DNA from: Candidatus Woesearchaeota archaeon
GTDB taxonomy: Archaea > Nanobdellota > Nanobdellia > Woesearchaeales > UBA10216
NCBI GenBank assembly: GCA_016180085.1
Contig: JACPBX010000018.1
Coordinates: forward strand, 1 to 25,702
Length of the DNA stretch: 25,702 nt
Reading direction: 5' to 3'
The notes beneath the pieces are model-generated. The model worked only from the letters and a program-made list of their open reading frames with translations. It did no database searches and was not told the DNA's origin. Position 1 is the first letter of the stretch. Every line of letters begins with the position of its first letter. Both the position numbers and the translations under genes were made by a program. Below are positions 8,538 to 15,414 of this stretch, one piece after another.

Positions 8538-8816
8538 ATGGAAGAAGACAAACAAACACAGGAAGAAAGGCCTGAAGAAGGCCGGGAAGCTCAAACAAGT
8601 GAAGAAGCAAGAATTGCAGAAGTACTTGGCAAAAAAGAAGGGAAAGAAGGTTTCCTGCATAGGCACTTCTACCTTGTGGGGGAAGTCTGGAGCTTCATGA
8701 AAGTCAGGAAGAAGTGGTGGCTGCTGCCGATAATAATTACACTCGCCCTTGTTGGCCTGCTGATAATATTCGGACAGGCAAGCCCGTTGTCCCCATTCAT
8801 TTACGCCCTGTTCTAG
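8538..8816 (+). CDS. DUF5989 / SxtK-like small membrane protein with charged N-terminal extension, 92 aa
   Basis: 'EVWSFMKVRKKWWLLPIII.L...G.LI......LSPFIYALF' is the characteristic DUF5989 pattern; last gene of the operon. Confidence 0.85.
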   Translation: MEEDKQTQEERPEEGREAQTSEEARIAEVLGKKEGKEGFLHRHFYLVGEVWSFMKVRKKWWLLPIIITLALVGLLIIFGQASPLSPFIYALF

Positions 8817-11800
8817 ACGTTCTGGAAACAAAATCGCTTACCTTCTCCTGCTCCTTCACCTTTTTGAACATCCTAAGGAAAAGCGCTGCCAACAGCAAGA
8901 AAACAACAACACCAGCTGCGGTAGCGATTTTTGACTTCCTGCTGGCGAAAAGCGCCTTCAGCAACGGCGCTTCCTGCTCCGGAGCAGAAACAGCCAGATT
9001 GCCTGCTTCGCCAGCCGCAGCACCCGCTGCCGGCGCCCTGGTTTCGTTTCCTGCAGGAGCAGCCTCTGGCTCAGGCAACCTTTCTGCAGCAACCGCAAAA
9101 AGCGAGAAAGCAGGCAGCTCGGCAGAGTAATAGTAATAACTGCCATCCTCGGCGAACATCAGCGCCCTCATCCTGTCCCATGAACCCCCTGAATGGCGGA
9201 AAAGGGAAACCTGCTTTGCAGTGAAACCACTGTCAGACAGCCACTGCCTCGGAACCCTGAACTCAACAGCCGCGCGGGTTATATCAAGGAAAGTCAGTTT
9301 TGCCGTAATGCTCAGGTACTGGTAAACAGAAAACACTGTTTCAGGAATGAAAAGCCTGGCTGAAACGTTTGTCACATTAAGGGACTCAACTTTGACATTG
9401 ATGTTTGACAATGAGGATGCTGCCGTAAACCTCACCTTGGTGAAAGCAATTCCTGATTTGTTAATGCTCATAACCGCAGTTTCCCCTTCCCTTAATGCCG
9501 TAAATACTTGTAATGCGCTTGCCAAGGAGCCTCCGGAGCCAGCTGCCGCACCACCGCCGCCACCTCCTCCACCTCCACCCCCACCGCTTACGCCCTGGGC
9601 TGACGGGCAGACAGCGTCGCTGCCTGAACAGTCCTCATCAACGCCATTACCGCAGGTATCGGAAGCTCCCGGATTGGTTCCTGCGCTGTTGTCGTTGCAG
9701 TCATTGCCAGAGCCGCAGCCCGAAACATAATAGCCGTCGGCATCAGAGTCAGCACACTGCTCTTTAGCTGCGGTAAAGTTAACGCCGGTAATTTTGTAAT
9801 AAGCGCCGTTGTCAATTAAAGAGCAGTTATAGCTGCCGCTGACACCCGGGCACGTGACCAGGGTCTCGTTTGCGCCGTTGCAGCTGCTGCTTATGTCACC
9901 GAAAGACTGCACGTCAGCATCCTTGATGCAAGTGCTGTTTATTGTGCCATTGACGTTGTTCACCGTTACATTCTTGGTCTGACCCTGCTGCAGCCTGAGC
10001 CCCTTTACAAGTATACCGCCAAAAGGCGAGGTTAAGTTCTGCACGTCGACAGTAAAGTTCAGGCTGAGGTTTGCAAGGCTGAAGTTCCAGTAGAACTCCA
10101 TCAGCGGCCTCGTGCCATTGGTAACATTAACGAAAAACGTGCTGTTAAGAAGGCGCGAAAAGTTAGTGGTGCTGTTTATGGTAATGTTAAAATTGCCAAC
10201 CTGCAAGGTTGATGAGTTTACAGTTGTCGCGTTCCCAGACACAGAATCCTCACTGTCCTGAACCCCGTCGTTGTCATCATCCGCATCATAAATATCCGGG
10301 GTTCCGTCGCCGTCAAAGTCAGGCCTGTCTATCACTGTGACGTTGAAAAATCCCAGGCTGTAGCTGCCAAAATCGGTCACGTTAACCCTGAAACGGTAAG
10401 TGCCCGAGTCTGAAAGGTTTGTCTTCCAGCTGAAATTGGCAGCAGACTGGTTTTTCGTCGTGAAATTAAGCCGCAAGCTGTCATTGACAGTAAAGTTGAG
10501 AAGGTCGTTTTCAGCATCATCGGCGACTGCTGTTATGTTGACAAAGTCAGTTTCATTGACTGTGATATTGTTGATTGAAAACAAGGTTGGCGTATCATTA
10601 ACTGCCGTTATGTTAACGAAAATCACTTCCGAAGCGTTTGCAAGGCCATCGGAAGCGTTAATTGCCAGGTAGAAAATGCCTGAAAAGTTCCCGGCTCCCG
10701 AGAGATTGAAGGTTATGTTGCCTGTCGTTGAGTTTATCGTGAAGTTTATTGTGTTGTTGATGAAGTAGGTTATCGTGTCGTTGTCCAGGTCTGTTGCAAC
10801 AACCGTGAAATTAAGCGGAATATCCTCGGCGGATGTCACATTTGAAATACTCGCCCATTGGGGGGCGCGGTTGGTGTTGTTAATTGTCAACGTCCAGTTT
10901 ATCTGGCTCGTAAGGCTGCCGTCGGAAAGAATCGCTGTAATGTTGTAAGTGCCGTTTGCCTGCTGCGATGCCTGCGAAAAATTGCCAAGGAAGGTGAAGT
11001 TTGTGTTTCTCGCTGCTGACTGGAGGGTGCCGTTGACGTACCAGTCAAGGGTAACAGCATCGTTTTGTGCATCAATGTAAGTAATATTAAACGTCTGGTT
11101 GCTGGGCTCTGCAATGTTTATGCTAATGTTTGACGGCAAAAAAGAAGTGATGTTGGGAGCTGTATTGTTTCCAAGCCCTCCTGAAACGACAATGGCAAAT
11201 GGCTGGGGATTTTGAGGAATGTTAGTGCCGTTAACCAGCACGAAATAAACCCCTGAAACAGGTGAGATAACAACCTGCTCAACATTGTTTACAGAATCGC
11301 GGGTGTCGTTATGGGGCGAGAGAAAGTCATTACCAAAATACGTGGAGCCGTTGGAAGCAACCACTATAAGGTCGAGGTTGTTGACAAGCGCCTTTGCAGA
11401 GCCGGTGCTCGAAGCCGCAGGGTAGTCAGTCCAGACAAGCGTAGCCTTGAACTGAACTGTGGCGTTGCTGACAGTAAAGGTGTAGTTGGCGAGGCCGGAG
11501 GTGTTCACGCCAGACTGGTTGTCAACGTACGAAAACCTTCTCGGCGCAACAGGGAACAGCGAGTTAGTAAGGTTAACCCTCCCCCAGCCGGTATAGTTGT
11601 GCGGGATGCCATAGCCAGGGTCAACAGCACCGTTAATAAGAGTCGCTTTAATAAGCGCAGAAGTTGGGTTGACTTCCGAGCGGTTATCGGTATAATACTG
11701 CCTGACAAGGGCAGCAGCTCCTGCAACAAGAGGGGTTGCCATGCTCGTGCCGCCGCAATAAGCATAGTTGGCATCGAAATTACCCCAACTACTGCAAGGG

Positions 11801-13155
11801 TTGTTGCTGCTCGCCTTACGGCTAAGGGAAGAAATGATGTAAGTGCCTGGCGCAACAAGGTCCGGCTTAACCCTGCCATCAGCGGCAGATCCGCGGCTTG
11901 AGAAATAAGCTACTTGGTTAATGTTGTCAGCATCACCGCCTAGCCCGGAGCGGTTATTCTCCATGGCGCCAACAACGATTGCGTTTTTTGCGTTCGCCTG
12001 GGTTCCAACTGTTTTGTTTGCCCCTCCAGAGCCATCCGAGCTTCCACCACCGCTATTGCCGGCAGCAAAAAGGATAGTCATGTTCTTATAGTTCCACGCA
12101 AACGTGTCAATCTGGTTCGTGTCAGAAGCATAAGTGTTGGTGCTGCTGCCCCAGCTGTTGGTATGAATCCTGGCAGAGCCGTTCGCTGAGGCGTAGGCAG
12201 TAGCGAACAGATCATTCAAGTCATCCGGGGGAAAAACAGCATTGGAGCCTGCGTCGTCATTCATTGCCTGAATTACAAGATTTGCACCCCAAGCAATCCC
12301 CTTGTACACCCCATTAGAGTTGGAACCATTACCTGCAGCAGAACCAGCAACATGGGTGCCATGCCCAAACACGTCATCAGGGGAAGTGCCGTAAAAGTTC
12401 TGTATGCTCAGCACCCTCTGGTCAAAATCAAGGTTCATATCCCCAATAACAGACAAATTATCAGTGCCGTTATCAAGCCCTGTATCTGCCACAGCTATAA
12501 CCTGACCAGAGCCATTCAGCAAATAAGTGTTCCACACAGTCGCTGCTTCCATAATCCTTGCTGCATTGTCATTGAACACGACAGGCTGAATAAAAGGCTC
12601 AATGACCTCAACGCCATCAAGCAATGCAATGGTGCTTGCTGCAGCTTCTGCAGCAGTAACCCTTACGACCCTGCCTGAAGATGAAACTACGCCTGCATAA
12701 GAGCGCAACGCCTCCAAATCCGGCTTCTCACCCGGAAAGAAAACAACGTCAAAAGTTTCGTTGTCGGAGTAGGAAAGTGCTGACACCCCTTTCACTTTCT
12801 TATGCTCCCTTAGCTGCCACTGCACTTTGCCTCTGGAAGAATAATGGGCAGCACTGCTAATAAACCATAGCCGTCTAACTTGCTCAAGCGAAGAGCCGGG
12901 AACCTTTGCGATATAGGCATTCTCCGGAACGTAATAAGCCAACTCTACGCCAAATGAGGAAAGGGCGTCCTTAAACTCCTGCCTTACCGGCTCGGAGAAG
13001 TTCAGGACAAAATACCCTCCACGGGCTGGGGAAGGCTCCTCAGAGGCTGCTGCGGCTTGCGTGAGGAATTTTCCAAGCAAAACTGCTGCTACAGCAGCAA
13101 CAGCAACTAAAACAAACAGCCTCAACACCGCTTTATTGCCCAATTTTCCGAACAC
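8797..13155 (-). CDS. Membrane-anchored multidomain S8 (subtilisin-like, KP-43-type) serine protease with Ig/cadherin-like repeats, Ca-binding Asp-rich motifs and PGF-pre-PGF
   Basis: Triad: VADTG (Asp 12484-12486), HGTHVAG (His 12361-12363), GTSMATP (Ser 11743-11745); oxyanion AAGN; C-terminal beta-barrel 'NNLDL...NNVEQV'; DFDGDGTPD...DDDNDG; 'DSDADGY...DCND...PG...CGNGVDEDC'; PGF-pre-PGF 'LPAFSLFAV'; TM plus basic tail. The ORF track start (13200, TTG) spans a TATA box, so GTG 13155 or TTG 13143 is preferred. Confidence 0.9.
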   Translation of the reverse strand: MFGKLGNKAVLRLFVLVAVAAVAAVLLGKFLTQAAAASEEPSPARGGYFVLNFSEPVRQEFKDALSSFGVELAYYVPENAYIAKVPGSSLEQVRRLWFISSAAHYSSRGKVQWQLREHKKVKGVSALSYSDNETFDVVFFPGEKPDLEALRSYAGVVSSSGRVVRVTAAEAAASTIALLDGVEVIEPFIQPVVFNDNAARIMEAATVWNTYLLNGSGQVIAVADTGLDNGTDNLSVIGDMNLDFDQRVLSIQNFYGTSPDDVFGHGTHVAGSAAGNGSNSNGVYKGIAWGANLVIQAMNDDAGSNAVFPPDDLNDLFATAYASANGSARIHTNSWGSSTNTYASDTNQIDTFAWNYKNMTILFAAGNSGGGSSDGSGGANKTVGTQANAKNAIVVGAMENNRSGLGGDADNINQVAYFSSRGSAADGRVKPDLVAPGTYIISSLSRKASSNNPCSSWGNFDANYAYCGGTSMATPLVAGAAALVRQYYTDNRSEVNPTSALIKATLINGAVDPGYGIPHNYTGWGRVNLTNSLFPVAPRRFSYVDNQSGVNTSGLANYTFTVSNATVQFKATLVWTDYPAASSTGSAKALVNNLDLIVVASNGSTYFGNDFLSPHNDTRDSVNNVEQVVISPVSGVYFVLVNGTNIPQNPQPFAIVVSGGLGNNTAPNITSFLPSNISINIAEPSNQTFNITYIDAQNDAVTLDWYVNGTLQSAARNTNFTFLGNFSQASQQANGTYNITAILSDGSLTSQINWTLTINNTNRAPQWASISNVTSAEDIPLNFTVVATDLDNDTITYFINNTINFTINSTTGNITFNLSGAGNFSGIFYLAINASDGLANASEVIFVNITAVNDTPTLFSINNITVNETDFVNITAVADDAENDLLNFTVNDSLRLNFTTKNQSAANFSWKTNLSDSGTYRFRVNVTDFGSYSLGFFNVTVIDRPDFDGDGTPDIYDADDDNDGVQDSEDSVSGNATTVNSSTLQVGNFNITINSTTNFSRLLNSTFFVNVTNGTRPLMEFYWNFSLANLSLNFTVDVQNLTSPFGGILVKGLRLQQGQTKNVTVNNVNGTINSTCIKDADVQSFGDISSSCNGANETLVTCPGVSGSYNCSLIDNGAYYKITGVNFTAAKEQCADSDADGYYVSGCGSGNDCNDNSAGTNPGASDTCGNGVDEDCSGSDAVCPSAQGVSGGGGGGGGGGGGAAAGSGGSLASALQVFTALREGETAVMSINKSGIAFTKVRFTAASSLSNINVKVESLNVTNVSARLFIPETVFSVYQYLSITAKLTFLDITRAAVEFRVPRQWLSDSGFTAKQVSLFRHSGGSWDRMRALMFAEDGSYYYYSAELPAFSLFAVAAERLPEPEAAPAGNETRAPAAGAAAGEAGNLAVSAPEQEAPLLKALFASRKSKIATAAGVVVFLLLAALFLRMFKKVKEQEKVSDFVSRTSRTGRK

Positions 13156-13180
13156 CTGATTAGAAAAGTGAACAGTCCTG

Positions 13181-13193
13181 TTTATAAATTTTA
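13181..13193 (-). promoter_or_regulatory. TATA box of the S8 protease gene
   Basis: Minus strand TAAAATTTATAAAC; GGTG Shine-Dalgarno-like motif at ~13153-13156. Confidence 0.55.
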
Positions 13194-13222
13194 CATGCAA
13201 AAACGTGAGGAAATGCCGGTCA

Positions 13223-13663
13223 CTACTCTTTTTCGAGATATGCCTCGCCTTTTGAAGGATTGAAGTAAAGAGCGAGCTTGTTTATTGTCAAAAAATCAGT
13301 CCCGAGAAGAGAAGGAATTGAATTTGCTTCTTGTATTTCCTCTACAGCTTTTTTTGTCCCTATCAGCACTGAAAATTCAGGCAATGTTATTCTTTCAAGT
13401 TTCTCTTCCTCTGTTTTAAAAAGCAATTCAATTTCCCTTATTCTTCTGAGTTCATATGTAGAACCGCCTATTTTAGTGTGCCCCAGCTGGGGCAAGCTGG
13501 TCACTGGCACGTGCAATCGGAAAGCGTCACTTTGACTAATAAAAGTTACAGGACTGCCCGTATCAACATAAAAGTCAACCCTCCCAAACATTCGATATTT
13601 AGCAGAACGTATGCTAGCCGAAATCAAGATTTGCCCTGCCACTATTTGCAAAGGTAGTTTCAT
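13223..13663 (-). CDS. Retropepsin-like (clan AA) aspartyl protease, single domain, 146 aa
   Basis: 'FYVDTGSPVTFIS' catalytic DTG (Asp 13562-13564) and C-terminal 'SLLGTDFL' (LLG-x-D) motif. Confidence 0.8.
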   Translation of the reverse strand: MKLPLQIVAGQILISASIRSAKYRMFGRVDFYVDTGSPVTFISQSDAFRLHVPVTSLPQLGHTKIGGSTYELRRIREIELLFKTEEEKLERITLPEFSVLIGTKKAVEEIQEANSIPSLLGTDFLTINKLALYFNPSKGEAYLEKE

Positions 13664-13670
13664 TTCAGAA

Positions 13671-13910
13671 TCAGAGGATTCTCTTTATCTTTGATACAAA
13701 TTTTATCATTACTTCCGCCGGATTTAACTTTTTGCTTTCTAATTCACTTATCAGTTCTTCGAATTTTCGGCTGGCGTCAACGAAGTTGCCATCATGGATG
13801 GCAACAAAATGGTCAGGGTACTTAGTCAACAGTTCGGAATAATTCTTGTCTAGCCATTTCGCATCCTTTTCAGCCGAACCCAAAAGCCTCAATACATTTT
13901 CAGTTTCCAT
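13671..13910 (-). CDS. DUF5678-like small protein, 79 aa
   Basis: 'W...NY.EL..KYPD.FVAI.DG..V.......EL' pattern; ATG 13910 preceded by GGTG (the track starts at GTG 13922); 7-nt gap to the protease gene. Confidence 0.7.
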   Translation of the reverse strand: METENVLRLLGSAEKDAKWLDKNYSELLTKYPDHFVAIHDGNFVDASRKFEELISELESKKLNPAEVMIKFVSKIKRIL

Positions 13911-13966
13911 AGACAACACCACATAATGACGCTACTTTTCAGTAGACATTTAGTAGTGGATTTTTG

Positions 13967-13980
13967 TTTATAAAGCTTTT
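13967..13980 (-). promoter_or_regulatory. BRE/TATA promoter of the DUF5678-protease pair
   Basis: Minus strand AAAAAGCTTTATAAAC; TATA at 13967-13974. Confidence 0.6.
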
Positions 13981-13994
13981 CTCTAACAGCTTGT

Positions 13995-15347
13995 TTACTT
14001 CATAACCTTCTTCTTCCTTCCCTTCAGGAACAGCCATGCCCCAACCGCAACGACAGCCACAACAACCACCAGAAGAACTGTGTTGATGGGCGTTGGCTTC
14101 TTGGCCTCCACAGGAGGCTTTTCCTCTGCCTTCTCTTCAACAGGGGGAGCAGGAGGGGCTTCAACTGCCGGAGGCGCTGCCTCTGCCCTTCCCTGGACAG
14201 CAACAGTGCTTGTGCCTATGCTCCTGATGTCCTTGTTTACAGTGTAGCTAAGGTCCTTTGTAGTGCCCTTTTGGACTTGCGAGAAGAACCACTTGACAAC
14301 AGGGTCTGCCTCAAGTATGGCTGGCTGTTCGCCCTTGAAAGTGACCTGGTCAACGTTGCTGGCAGCTGCCTTTGGAATGACCTCAACCACCTCAACGTTC
14401 TTCAGGTCCTGGTTCCCGGGAGCAGTAACTGCGAGCTTGACAACAGAAACAATGATTTCCTCTTTTGTAACCTTGTTGGTTGCCTTGACAACCTCAACCG
14501 TCTTTTTCACCGAGACAGCCGAAGCGCCGCCGCTCGAAACCGCCTCCTGTATTGCGGTTAATGCCTGCTTTGCCTCTTCTGTCTTAACAATGGTCTCAAC
14601 CTGGGCAAGGGTCTTTGCGACTGTGTCTGCAGCAACAGGCACTTCCTTTACCTCAGGGGCAGCAACAGTCTTAATCTCAACATTCCCTGCTGCAACAGCC
14701 TCCTGGAAAGCAGGAGGCAATGCCGCTTTGACAGTATCTACAGTTTCCTGGGAAGGCGCTGCAGGAGCAGTCGCTGCACCCCCGCCGCCACCACCGCCAC
14801 CAGCGCCTGTGCCCCCGCCGCCACCGCCGGTATCGGTAGCTGCTGCTGCCGCGCAAGTGGACTTGCAGGTGCCGCCTGCACCAGAGCTGTTAACAGAGCT
14901 TGTGCCAACGCAGCAGATTCCGCTTGAGCAGGCATTGGCAAAGCCGCATGCGCCGTTGTTTGCTACAAGCGAAACAGACAGGTTTGTGCGGTTAACAAAC
15001 TGATTGCTGCAGGTCTGGGTTGATGCATTAATGCCCCAAACCTTAAGGAATACTGTGCTGCCTGAATCACACTCAAAATCCATTGTAAAATTTTCAGGCG
15101 AAAGCGGCTGCCCTCCAACCGGCTGGCCAACAGTAAAGGTTGAGGCTGCAGAAGAGGCACTGCCTATAAATGCTTCAATGACTGCACCGCCAGCAGCGCT
15201 GCTCCCGCCTATTGTCACGTTGCCAAGGAAAGTATTGATTTTGGTAGGGTCTGCTGCGAATACAGCAATAGAAGATAACACAAGCAGCGCCAAGGCGAGG
15301 TAGATTGATGCTAGTTTTCGCACCTGTGCCATTTCCTTCCCCTTCAT
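13995..15347 (-). CDS. Secreted, C-terminally anchored surface protein (Cys-rich module, poly-Gly linker, Ala/Val/Glu/Lys-rich region), ~445-450 aa
   Basis: Sec signal (..AVFA-A), Cys cluster, DTGGGGGGTGAGGGGGGGG linker, 'VVEVIPK.AAS....TF......LEADPVVKW' domain, Pro-rich linker, TM plus KGRKKK. Alternative start ATG 15332. TATA at ~15399-15406. Confidence 0.8.
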   Translation of the reverse strand: MKGKEMAQVRKLASIYLALALLVLSSIAVFAADPTKINTFLGNVTIGGSSAAGGAVIEAFIGSASSAASTFTVGQPVGGQPLSPENFTMDFECDSGSTVFLKVWGINASTQTCSNQFVNRTNLSVSLVANNGACGFANACSSGICCVGTSSVNSSGAGGTCKSTCAAAAATDTGGGGGGTGAGGGGGGGGAATAPAAPSQETVDTVKAALPPAFQEAVAAGNVEIKTVAAPEVKEVPVAADTVAKTLAQVETIVKTEEAKQALTAIQEAVSSGGASAVSVKKTVEVVKATNKVTKEEIIVSVVKLAVTAPGNQDLKNVEVVEVIPKAAASNVDQVTFKGEQPAILEADPVVKWFFSQVQKGTTKDLSYTVNKDIRSIGTSTVAVQGRAEAAPPAVEAPPAPPVEEKAEEKPPVEAKKPTPINTVLLVVVVAVVAVGAWLFLKGRKKKVMK

Positions 15348-15414
15348 TCCCTAATAAACGTTCTCCACACGCTATGAGAACTATCCCACAATAGCAGCTA
15401 TAAATACTTTACTC

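Noticed and set aside
5262..8816. Saxitoxin biosynthesis cluster
   Set aside because: Only the generic I/J/K/L-like module is present; no sxtA, sxtG or other core genes in the window.
1257..13155. Archaeosortase (PGF-CTERM) processing of the PGF-pre-PGF proteins
   Set aside because: No PGF tripeptide directly before either C-terminal TM; anchors are probably retained.
13156..13200. ORF-track N-terminal extension of the S8 protease (TTG 13200)
   Set aside because: Contains the TATA box and lies upstream of the SD-like GGTG; a downstream start gives a normal signal peptide.
13223..13663. Retroelement (gag-pol) origin for the aspartyl protease
   Set aside because: No reverse transcriptase, integrase or terminal repeats nearby.
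14263..15003. Long antisense ORFs over real genes (this one, 5513..6253, 11311..11901, 22240..22779, 4431..4964 and similar)
   Set aside because: Shadow frames produced by codon bias and low-complexity sequence; no independent motifs, promoters or RBS.
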